Part shown: in pieces, positions 22,025 through 33,630 of the stretch
How positions within the stretch are numbered: position 1 is the first letter of the stretch
How the letters are laid out: each line of letters starts with the position of its first letter
Assembly (NCBI GenBank): GCA_010015805.1
Contig: ML978147.1
Span: 62,001-126,000, forward strand
Direction: 5' to 3'
DNA length: 64,000 nt
Origin: Rhizodiscina lignyota
Taxonomy: Eukaryota
The notes under the pieces: generated by a model
Told to the model about the DNA's origin: nothing
What the model saw: the letters and a program-made list of their open reading frames with translations, nothing else
Databases searched by the model: none
Translations under genes and position numbers: made by a program

Positions 22025-22519
22025 CGCCGAACCTTCATGTAGAACCAGTCAGATTCAGGATTAGGGAGTGATTCCGGTCATGTGCGTAGACTCATATCAA
22101 GCACATCTGAATTATTAAAACATTTGTTATTATTGAATTTCGAAGTTTGGTTGATTTTCGTCGTGGGCAGATCATGAGGTGTCGTAGCGAGACTCTGTAA
22201 ATTATCGTAATATTAATCCTGAAACGGGAATAGCGCAATATTCGTCCGTACCTACGGATGAACCGAAGCAGAATATTTACAGGTCTTCCACGCAATGTCA
22301 ACTTCACATATATTCTTTTTTGAGGCACGTCAAGGTGCACAATCTATCGTACCAACGACATGATCGCATCCCGGAGATGTCCCTAAAACGAATATATCTC
22401 CTTGAGCAGTTCTTAGAGCTTTGTGACTACCTTACTTCCGCTCTCGTTTCGAAAACCTGGAATTCTTGAATTATTTTGCATAGGTCGACGGTCCACTCCT
22501 GTGATCGAGTTGCGTATAA

Positions 22520-24268
22520 ATGCAGTCAAAGAGACGATGTTGGAACTGCCGCGGTGAGACCTTGGAGCACCCGTACCAAAACGAACCGCGTTTGACTAAA
22601 AACCCCTTTAGCGCTTAAGATTTACTGTGATAAAACTATTCCGTCCTGCCTAAACTGTGAAGGAAAGGGACGAAAATGCTCTGAATATGGGCTGGGACTG
22701 TCATGGCCGCGAGACGAGGATAAACGGAGGTCTATTCGTTCAACCGGTCAACGCATGATTGATGTGCGGTCGAAGAACCTAGATTTCATCACGATTTCAA
22801 CCAAGGACATAGAGGCATTCCAGAAGCATGGTATGTATTACTCCGATATTAAATCGTCATATAACATCGAATCTGACGTACCTCTCAGCTTGGGCGTACT
22901 ACAATCCAAAGCCGTATAGTTGCTTTTGGTTTCCTCATCAGCCGTATAACAGCATGGCGAGGCTCGATCCGTTCCTCACAGTGAACAGTGTGTCATAGTT
23001 CTTTCTCCTATGTTGCGCTAGCTTGGATTCTATTTACTCATGTAATACGCAGGCCGCAGTCCAATTGCCAGACTGATCTCTTCGAGTCATGATGCAGACA
23101 ATCTGTATGGCCTTCTTGTAAGACTGTCCTTTAATGACAATGAGCCACCTTCATTAGCAACCCGTCATGCCATCAGTGCATTATCTTATCAACATCTGTC
23201 CATGGAACGAACTGCGATAATGCATCGGACAAGTGCCATCCGAGCACTTCAGAACGCAATTGGGTATCTTGAACCATCACAAATCATCCAAACAACTGCA
23301 GCGAGCATGTTGCTCAGTGTTGCCGAGGTCAGCGTGCTGTAAATCATTGCTTCGTCTTGCTCACTTGGTACAGATCCTGAATTACGAGGCTTCGATTCCC
23401 AGCTGGTATATCTTCTTCTGCGGCACCAAGAATTTACTACGTCAAGCAACTCAAAAGGGCGGGACCTGCACTGAAGATGGAGCGTTGATTATGGATTGGA
23501 TCTTCTACCACGATGCCATGTATATGTTCAGTGTTCGACATTGGGGGCACAAAAGGGGCCATCAGAAGAAAATATCAAGGTGGAAGACAATGATGTCGAA
23601 AGCAACTTCTGCTTCCGAATCGCACGTCGTATGTCGTATCGCTTCATGAATAATGGAATCGATGTGAGATGCTGATCAAACAATCACAGGTGGTTCCCAC
23701 CATTGGCTGTTCCCTCGAATTGCTGAATCTCCTATGCGAAGTCGTCCATGCCATACTCGATCGTGAGGATCCCAGTTATCACTCCCAGGCACATCTCAAA
23801 AGGATCAGAGCCCTCGAGATCCGGCTTCGAGGCCTGGAGCAGTGCCCTGACGGAGTATCAGGTATAGAACCCGAGGAGAAAGCCCATCGATCGAATATCG
23901 CGGAGCTCTTCCGCTTGGCAACATTGACGTACCTTTATCGGGTGGCCAAGGGGGAATCCAGAGAATCCATCGACGCTAATACAATTATCGAGCGCGCATT
24001 CGCTTTGTTGAGAAATGTTAAAAATTGCGAGCGGCCTTGGTCTCTCTTTATTATCGCTCTCGAGGCGCGCACAGAGCATCACCGAGCAATCGTGCTGGAG
24101 ATTCTGAAGGAGTCTCTGAGAATGCAACCGGTGGGCATGATTGCACTCACAAAACGCATGATCCATGATGCTTGGGTGCAGCAAGATCTGCACGACGAGG
24201 AGATCGATCCGTTGACGCTCTACGGTCTCATCATCAGCAGAAGCCGCGTCCCTCCATGCTTTGCGTGA
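22520..24268 (+). CDS. Zn2Cys6 transcription factor with Fungal_trans_2-type C-terminal domain, about 486 aa
   Basis: Exons 22520-22553, 22612-22830, 22889-22987, 23053-23327, 23374-23628, 23690-24268 (the third donor, GTGTGT, is the least certain). CWNCR..KIYCDKT.PSC.NC......C..YG..LSWP, DWIFYHD, IGCSLELL and ELFRLA...YL. Confidence 0.85.
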
Positions 24269-25356
24269 GCGAAAGAGTTCCTGGGTGTCACCCAATTTGT
24301 ACTTGCGTCAAAGTGGCCACTCAAGAGCCTAGACGCCACAGTGTTCGGGATCTCAAAATCGATAGGCAATGTGTCGTTGATCGCATCGATTGCGATTCAG
24401 GAATACGGAGATGCAGCCGAGATAGAAGCGGTGAAGGCGCAGGCAGGTTATTCGGCATTAATGGAAATCATTGACAACAGTTCTGTGGAAATGGACAGCG
24501 AGAATTTGTTGAGACTGTAAATGAAGATGGAGATGGTTTGTTTCAGGCTGAGGGTGTCCGGATTCGGAGCCACCCGGTCTTCATCTCGACGGTGCCGTAT
24601 TCCAGTGCCTGAATGACAGTACGAAACCGAATGCAGTCCAATGAGGCGCTTCTTGAAGAGTGGGTATCATTCAGTGTCGGAGTTACCGCTTGCCGCAAAT
24701 TTGCGTCCCTGGCCATTCCTGATTTATCAGCCAAGACTTTGCATCCGAGAAAGGTAAGGTTGCGGTAGTGTAATACGGAACGCAAGGACTGGACATTAAG
24801 TGAGAGGAGAAAGCGGACCATTATTGGATGAACAAGGTGAAAACAGTCTTTGCTGGCGGAGTGCATTTTGATGTCGGCTTTACCAATCTGTTCCTCAATC
24901 TTTCCTACGAGTTTTTGGAAGGCAGCAAACTGTAGGATAGACATAGCAACTTATTGAGAATATGTGCATTAAATGTTAACCGCAACCGTGATTATTATTC
25001 TTGCGCGGAATTTGAGAAAATGTCCCACACGCGAGGGTGAACTGAGCATTGCCACGGGTTCCGTGGAGAATGCACCGGGAGGCTAACCAAAGAAGGGAAT
25101 AAGTTTTCTACCCCAGACAGGGTAGTGCAGTGATCGTGCGGAATAATGATAGCCCACCGCAAAAAGTTGCCTTTCCACATTACTTAAGCTAGCACGTGCA
25201 TGAGTCGGTCAATCATTGCTTAACAAATAGCCCGGAACGTGATGGGGGAATCAAAATAGGGGAAATGAAAGGTCGAAATTTCTGACGATAAGTAAACATT
25301 AAAGATTTGTTACCAATGTGCATGGAGAGACGTATGCGCTAGACAATGAAAAAGAA

Positions 25357-25363
25357 TATAAAA
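25357..25363 (+). promoter_or_regulatory. Putative TATA box of the epoxide hydrolase gene
   Basis: TATAAAA about 100 nt upstream of the ATG at 25464. Confidence 0.35.
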
Positions 25364-25463
25364 TGCAGGTTCCATGCAAATGATTGACATACAGCAAACT
25401 CCAGACAGCACAGTGCAGATTCAAGTGACTTGATATCCCACTGAAGCCGATACAAACATCACC

Positions 25464-26920
25464 ATGCGGTTACCTAGTCTCTTGGGCTGTTCCATCAGCC
25501 TTGTTGCGGGGATGGCGGTGGCCGGAGGCACATATGGAAGCAAGGGTTTCAACCTTCGTCCTTTCAAAGTCGAACTCTCCTCTGGTCTTCCGCGCATGTT
25601 CGATCTGGTCAAGAATACCGAGCTGCCAGCTCATGAGGAATACCCAGGCGTTGGTTCCTCGTTTGGAATTGGGCTTGACGTACTGAAATCGCTCAAGAAG
25701 GAATGGCTTACGAATTTCGATTGGCAGAAGGCACAGGCTTCGATGAATCGGTAAGATGTACCTTCATGTTCCAGTCAAGGTAGTTGGTGCTAAACAATTA
25801 TTAGCTATGAGCAATACACTGTGGAGATTGAGGGTCTCACCATCCACTTCGTCCATGAAAAGTCAAAGGACCCTCATGCCATTCCCATCATACTCCAGCA
25901 TGGATGGCCAGGTTCCTTCCTCGAAATGGTACCAATCATTGACCCACTGAAAAGCCAGGCCAAAACATCAACCGGCAAGCCTATTTCCTTCAATGTCGTA
26001 GTGCCGTCGCTTCCTGGTCATGCGTTCTCAAGTGCCCCTCCTGCCAACTGGACAGTCGAGGACACGGCCAGAGTGTTTAATACCCTAATGACCAAGGTCC
26101 TGGGATATGGTACATATGCTGTCCATGGAACGGACTGGGGTTCGGCTACCGCGTACAGTATGTACGACCAGTTCAACCAGTCCGCTCGAGCGGCGCATCT
26201 GAACTTCCTGCCGTACTTCCCTTTGCTCCCTGAAGCATTAGTGGCGCAGAACATATCTCTCTCTCCCGAGGAGGAATTTGAGGAGCAGAGATTGGTGGAT
26301 TGGGAAACCAATGGCAACGCTTATCTTGTAGAGCAGACCACGAAGGTATGGTACGCGTCTCTGTGAGATCTTGGCCGCTGATTGAGTAACCGCAGCCAAA
26401 CACGATCGGCTTGGCCATCTATGATAGCCCATTGGGCCAGTTGTCTTGGATCGCTGAGAAGTACATTGCCTGTGGGTCTATCTCTAACAGCTAGTCAGCA
26501 AAGTGGCATTCTAACATTTGTAGGGTCTGATCCTCGTCAAGGCACCGGGCCATCTCTTTTGACTCATAACGAAATCCTGACTGAAGTGTCTTTATACTAC
26601 CTCACGCGCTCCATAGTATCTTCAATGTACATCTACGCACAGAATCCCAACGGCTTTATGACGACGTACCACAAGGCCCGCACAGATGCGCCACTACTAT
26701 TTAGTAGCTTCAAGTACAATGTCGGTTTCTGGCCGCAGCAACTGGTTGCGCGGGTTGGAAATCTGGTCAAGTACACCTGTGAGTTCTCCGATGTTGAAGC
26801 TGACGTCGAAGAAGCTGACGTCGACAAGATCACAGCTTTGGCGGCCACTTCCCTGGGCTGGATAACCCTCCGGCTCTGACCGCGGACATCAGAGAGATTG
26901 GAAATTATTGGGAGCATTAG
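25464..26920 (+). CDS. Microsomal-type (EHN + alpha/beta-hydrolase) epoxide hydrolase with signal peptide, 416 aa
   Basis: Exons 25464-25750, 25805-26345, 26396-26471, 26524-26778, 26829-26920. Motifs FDW...Q..MN, IHFVH, HGWPGSF.E, VVPSLPG..FS, GTDWG (nucleophile Asp), DSP.G..SWI.EK and GGHF. Confidence 0.92.
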
Positions 26921-27420
26921 GCATTCCATGCGATCGATCTGCTGGATTCCGTGATGTATGATAGAGCTGAATGTCCAACCTCCTAATCGTTTGCCGAGAC
27001 ATCTTAGCATTTGCGGCGGGGAAACATCGGGCCGCAGAGGTACAAGGAACACCAGGAGGTACCCGAGCTTTGGTTGTGCCATACCCAAAACTCTAGGTGC
27101 TCCAAGTACCTGGCTCAGGTCATCACCCTTGCCAGTAATATTTAATCTCACTTCAGAGTCATCTACCATCTCATTCATCTTCCCAAGAACATGGGAAGAT
27201 GACTTTTAGGCTTCTTCAGCTATATAGAACAACATATTCTACATTCCTTGCTTTTTCATCGTGCATATCCTTTCCGCACACAACATCGTGGCTTGGTTCA
27301 GCCTCGTGACATAGATGCCTGCTGTTTGCGCCCTTTTCATCAGTGAGCCCTTTTGAGAAATTCTCCAAGTCCTGCTGTCGTCCAGGTCTCATTTTCTTTT
27401 CAATTCATAATTCCCTCATC

Positions 27421-28733
27421 ATGGATGAGCAGAACAATCTTTTTTCATATGCTGGGGACCACGATATGCTTGGAGAGCTGTCCGATTTCGATTCTCTCCA
27501 TCACACATACATTTTCAGGCATGAGTTAATGCAACCCCCACAAACATACTCTACATCGAATGGGGTGTTTGATCTCTTCGGCGATGATGACGAACTCCAA
27601 GAAGCTGGTCAGAATGATCTCTCTGAGGATGATGATCTCAACGTCCAACGTACGGACAAACTATCACCTCTCCCCCGAGAAGTCAGCAACGTTCCGAGTT
27701 CTTTGCAAGCAGTCGGCTCAGCCACCAGTATAGCAAGCAGTAATGGAGGCAGTCGAGCTAGACTGCCTCATTCAGCGCGCGAGCTTTTAGACAAGTGGAT
27801 CGAGATCAATCAACACGACCCATACTTGAAACCAAATGATGCGGAAGCCCTTGCGCACTTGACTAGTTTGACATCACAACAGGTCAAGACATATATCGCG
27901 AACTTCAGAGCCAGGAAGCCAGTTACAGGTGATACCTTCTATCTTATTGTAAATCATCATGCTAACGCGTTGCATTGTTTCAGACAATTTGCTGCCGCCG
28001 TTCCCTTCTGGAACATCGCTTGTGAGCATCGGCTCTAATACACCTTTGACTGCAACAAAGCAGAACCGCCGCCGCAGACGTACCTCTTCAGCAGTTTCGC
28101 TCCGATCGAGCGAGTCTCAGTCGTTTTCCACTGCGGCCCCCAGAAAGTATCGCTGTACTTGGACACCCTGCACTCAGTCCTTCAGCCGTAAGTCCGACTG
28201 GAGGCGTCATGAGGAGACGATCCACTCTCCGCAAGAGCACTGGATCTGCATGCCAATGTCTGTAATCCTGTGACGCAAACATGAAACACAGAGTTATACT
28301 AATTCGCGCTATATGATTTAGACACCCGATGAAAGTCCGTGCATCTTTTGTCAGCCAAGGCCAATCTCTTACTTGCGCATTTTGCGGCAAAGTGATAGAG
28401 GTACCTTACGGCACCCCAAAAGATCGAATTGGATCTGAAGAGCACTTGATCAAAGAGCATAAATATTTACCGTGCTTCGACAAACCCCTCTCTGAACGCT
28501 CGTTCACGAGGAAGGACAAACTAAAGCAACATCTTCAGCAAGTGCACAAACAGTATACGCCATTGACTGACGAGCAGGAAGTGTGGGTCTGGCCTACGAA
28601 TGAGAGCGCTCTCTTCAGCTGCATGTTCTGTGAAGCAGAGGGAATGACATGGGCACAGCGCATGGAGCACGTCGCAGCGCACTTTGAGAGCGAAAGCGCG
28701 TTTGGGCTTCCTACAGACCTGCACTTCGGTTGA
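27421..28733 (+). CDS. TALE-like homeodomain + C2H2 zinc-finger transcription factor, 397 aa
   Basis: Exons 27421-27928, 27984-28257, 28322-28733. LP..AR.LL..W....HDPY......L...T.LT..QV....AN.R.R, Y.CT..C..SF.RKSDWRRHEE.IH, F.RKDKL.QHL..VH and C.FC.....TW..RMEHVA.HF. Confidence 0.85.
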
Positions 28734-31700
28734 TGTATCGTCGAATCTGCATTTGTTACAACATACCGCCTACGTCTTCACTATGCTAGGCGTACTCCAT
28801 CTCCTTGATGCTACAAGCTCTGAGAGGAAGAAGGACAGCGGTGTGCTGTGGCCTGCACATATAGTATATTTGCGGAGGTGGAGACATGTCTTAGGAATTT
28901 TCGTCTTCTGTCATAGAATGTTGAAAATGTAGCGCATGAACACCTTGACAACATTCAACATTGATCGCGGCATACACTTAGCTTGCGACGCTCGGATTTA
29001 ATAATTGTGCCTGCCTCGAGACGCAAATCTCTTGCTCGATCAGCCCTGATAAAGGTCTGGTCATTTGGGGGTCACTTCGTAAATAGCTTATCTTTTCGTA
29101 CGCGATTTCAGCCTTGTTGCCGAGGATAATTTCTTTTCTGATATGAGGTTATTTCCCTGCCGGCATACCCTGCTCCGCAATGGGGATCATACGGGTAAGG
29201 GTCCGTCAAGGATATGCACGACTCGCCCGTGCACTCGGGATGCATTAATGAGCTCGCTATGGATTAGCATGGACAAAGATATCCTGGAGGTCGGATCGCA
29301 TTTGGGCGACTTCTGACTTCTTGGAAGCACTATGGAAGCGCCGTGAAGTGATCGCGATGCGCCGATGTCGCATTTCACACCACACTGCAGCGAGCAGCGC
29401 TTGCAGAGACAGCGGTGTCCATGTTATGCATGGCCATTGCAGATTCTGCAGCTAAAATGGCTTCGATCAGGGAAAATGACATGAGTCGGGGGCTGTGATG
29501 AACTTCGGAACGCATTGCAACTTACCATGTACCCCAGTGGGCTTCTGCTGCTTGTTCCGACGTCCTGCTCGCCGCGAATACCGCGCAATGCTCATCGCTG
29601 TCGCACAATGCTGATTCTCGCTTGAGGAGATTGCAATCGCTTAGTAAAAATTTGCGTTAACTTTGACAAACGCAGTGATGACTGCCGAGCCCTGGGTTTG
29701 CGACAGAACTTGATCTGTCCATTTCTCTCCTTTTATTGCGAATGCGATTGTCATCTTTGCGACCGGTAAGAGCTACCCTCGAGGGAGAGATATGACGTTG
29801 AAGTAGAGTTCTCGCCTACCCATGGCGCACATGACAGTCTGTGCGATTATCGACGGCGCATTTAATGTCGCTTCCAGAAGGAAGCTGTGACCAGTCTGTG
29901 GAAATGAAGAGTGCCCGAAGCAATGCCGACACGCAGATTGTCACCCCAAGGCTGACTGATGAATTCGCCGATGCCAAGCTATGGGGAAGATTTTGACAGA
30001 AAGCCCATGGCATGCCGGCCGCGTGCGGCGGGTGAGAATGGCCGCACGGTACCACGTGCACGCCTTTCGGGCACCATCAACGGCCGTCCGAAGCCAGCGG
30101 TTTGCAGTTCGGAGATTAGCGATGGGCGAGAGCAGATCTTTGGAGAAATGGAAGCGCCACGGCGCGAGAGTGCCTCCAGCCTTATCCGCTTCAAGGGTTA
30201 GTTCCGATGGCTGTATACTGTTAATCATTAAATAAATTTCCTGCAATGGGCAAAGAGAGAGACGAGCGTGACCACTGATAAGGGAATAAGCCGTTCCAAG
30301 AGACGGATGAGGCCAAACTCTGGACCGTGATTTTTGCGGACTTCGAGTGAGCAAAACCACGGATCCATGCCTGTGGAGATTTTCGGAGGGATTAGGCATA
30401 TTCCCCGATGGCGATCTCGCTTATGGTGGACAATTCGGACTACGCTGATGCGAGTGCCCTCATGAGGCACTTTCAGCACCGTTGAGGCGGGTCTTAGCAC
30501 TCGCGTCCTGTGTGCGTACTGCTGCATGTGGGATGAGGCGCCTGATACGAGACTGAGACATGGAGAAGCACAACAAGTGAAAGGACGGGGGAAATCAAAG
30601 CTCCAAAACATTGCTCTTGACGACGAACCAATCCATATGGATGGTGGCCGTGCGGCGTAGCCATCAGTCGACTTCTCCCACCTCCACTGCTGCACCGTTC
30701 CCGTTCGACACCAAGCTTGAAGCACATGAATGATGGTGTACTCACGCTCGATCGGCATGGCGGTAGAGCTGTATCGGAAGCCTCGACTGATGCAAGGCGC
30801 CAAATCGGGCTATGGAGGATACTGTTCAGGCGTTAAAGAATCACAGTTGGGGACACCTTCCCTGACTCTTCCCCACGTCGCCTCGCGATCCGTCGCTCCG
30901 CGATGTCGACGAGTTAGCTCCATCACACGCGTCTCTGGCCTCTCACTGGCTCTCTGGCCTAATTTCACCCGGGATTAGGACACCCTTTCGACGTCACATG
31001 ACCGTCAAACTACGCGGCCGGGGCAAGAAATGGAAACACACGAGAGCCAGTAGAGACGCCAAGAGGAGGGAAAAGTGTAACATGGATGGATTGCGTGAGG
31101 GCAGTCCGTGACGGCGGCGAGGCCTCCCCCGGGCGGGAGCGATGATGCGGGCCGTGGAAAGTGTACCGGACTTTGAAGCAATGAGACGAGCGAGACGAGA
31201 CGTTGAGGATTCTGGATGCGCTGGCAATGGCAAAGTGCAGTCAGAAGGAGAAGTGCCGTCGGATAGGCGGAGTGGCCACATCAGCCTCACTCACAGCCAC
31301 AGGTGTGCATGGATGCGCAGGTGAGGCTGTCTCTTGGGCAGCAGCGCTGCACCTCGCCACAGTACCTGATCAACGACGTCCACCAACGTCCCTCTGCGGT
31401 TGCTCTGCATGCATTCCAACAATGACATCCTCGTGCATCAAGGTCAGTGCCGTGCAGCGCTCAGCTTCATCTGCCACAGGCCGGCCGGCATCGAGAGGCT
31501 CTGATAAGTTGGATGGCTGTGGCGGCGAGATCACGTTGGCTTGGTCCAAGAGTCAAAGCAAGCTTGCGGCGGCGAAAGTGAGTCGGTCCCAAGGATCATG
31601 GTCCGCTATTTTTGCTGTGGGCCTTCGTTCCTACACGCTCGTTCGCTCGTGCTTGCGGCAATAGCCATCGCGAGCCGAACCATAGACTGTCTTACCAGCG

Positions 31701-33630
31701 CTCCCGCGAAGCCGAGGCCGTCCGTTGCACGACGGGTACCGCCAATTGCTGACGAGAGTGCGACGCCGGCGGTTGGCGCGCGAGCGCACGCCCTCTCCGC
31801 CGCTCCAACATGGGGCGAAGAGTCGGTGATGTCTGCTCAACGTCGCACGACAATGGTGTGCGCTCCTGCCGGGCAGTTGGGATGGGGATTCAATTGAGCA
31901 CATGCCGGGCCTCCCTCTGCTTTGGGACGAGGCTGCGGTACGAGTAAGGTATGACGTTCTGGAAGCCAAAGCCACATTGAGACGGCCGTCGTCAGCACGG
32001 ACGTCGCTTGGGATCGATTGTCATTACTCCAAGATTTGACAATACTCTGCGTGCGTCGCCCAGTCATCAGGCATCGGCAGGGACGTGAGGGCGTTCGCAA
32101 CGTCTCGTTTGCGCCGGCTCTTCCGATCGCATACGTCGCGCAAGCTGAGCAGAAACATGGCATGGCCTTGGATCAGCACCTTCCGCTATCAGAGCATGGC
32201 AATCCACGAGGCAATCCTCCGTCCACTCGGTTTCGAGGTGCGCTGTGGAGAAGGGTGTGTGCGACTTCCGGGTTCGACGTGCAGCCGATGGCAGGGTGGG
32301 AGCTATAATGTCGCAGCATTCAGATGCACCAAGCGCTCACTGTCGCCTCCAGAATGGCTCAAGGCACGCCGATGCGAGATGAAAGAGTCAGCGCACCTGG
32401 CAGCTTTTCGCTAGAGCGCTGACCCACTCGCGATAGGTGAGTGGCCTGGCCTGGCGGGACACTGTAGCGAGCCCCTCCCGCACAGCGGCGCCATCCCACG
32501 GTTGTAGCTGATCCTGCATGCTCTCCCAATGATACGCTAATTCCGCGTGTAGGCGCCTTCACTGGCTGCCTGCCCATCCACTTGCATCCGGTCCCTGACA
32601 GTCGCTTCTTTTGCTTGAACATCAGTGCGTGAGGGCGCTTCCCAACCATGACAGAGCGCGCCGCGCACTGCTGCCGCTATCCTGCATGCTCAGCCCAGCT
32701 CTCAGAATGCAGAATGGATCTGTCTCCAGAGACGCTCGTGCCCTGTCCTAAACGCTCCTAGACGATTCTCTTCCGGGGAGCCTGGCACATGGCAACAATT
32801 GCGCCGTATATACCGTGAACGCGCCTCATTTCGTGGTGTGTCGTCTGTCCTCACCACTCTCCCGCCGCGTCACCACCAGAAGAAAACCTTTCCAGTCCAT
32901 GCGACCGGGTGCGAAGGCTTCCCGTTCTCGGAGAATTATCGACAGCGACCGTTGAAGGCTTCGAGCCACTAGGCCCACCTGGCGTTACGCAGCCTATTCT
33001 CTTCCGTTTCCCCATCTTGGACTGCTGGATACGGTCTCACGTCGTCGGCCCACCTTCACTCGCCGGCACGCGCCTTCGAACCTTAATACTCGTCCCGCCA
33101 CTGTTGGATCGGCCCGTTGTAATCATTCCAGGCTTCGACGCATAATATTTGTCCTGTTCGCAGCGCGCAACAGCTATCTTACGTCCTAATTGATACCCTA
33201 GCCGTAGTGGCGGAGTCGTCGACCAACAAAATCCTCGAAGACCCTTCCGACTCGAAAGCGACCACCGTTGGGGCAGGTGTACGTTTCAAATTGCCAATAA
33301 TCGTCTCAATCGCATGTTCTCCTGAATTTGGCACGTAGTACTACCAGGTATATGCCTTCTCAGCTATTCAGCCTCTCTCCGCGATCCCCGCGATCAAAGA
33401 CCCTTTTCCAGAACATCAGCCTTACCTGAAGGCAAATTTTTCTGCTCGTCCATATTGGCCCTAATCTCTCAATTCTCGTCGAATCTTTTTCTGGAAGACT
33501 GCTAACTTTGTACATTGCAAGGTACAACCAATGTCGTGCCACCCAACATCGGCTTCATGAATATCAGAGGGTACACAGCTGGAACGCCCGGAACGCCTGC
33601 AAACAGTGTCGCACAAAGCAGGCACCCGGC

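Noticed and set aside
24370..24950. Possible pseudogene fragments downstream of the second Zn2Cys6 gene
   Set aside because: There is no consistent frame or recognisable motif. It would need BLASTx.
28734..28970. Possible decayed extra zinc fingers past the homeobox gene stop
   Set aside because: Cys/His spacing does not fit C2H2 and several stops intervene.
33508..33630. ORF-track start of the 1427-aa ORF
   Set aside because: It begins at TTG. The first in-frame ATG is at 33631, and the ORF continues through an intron into 37847-38727.
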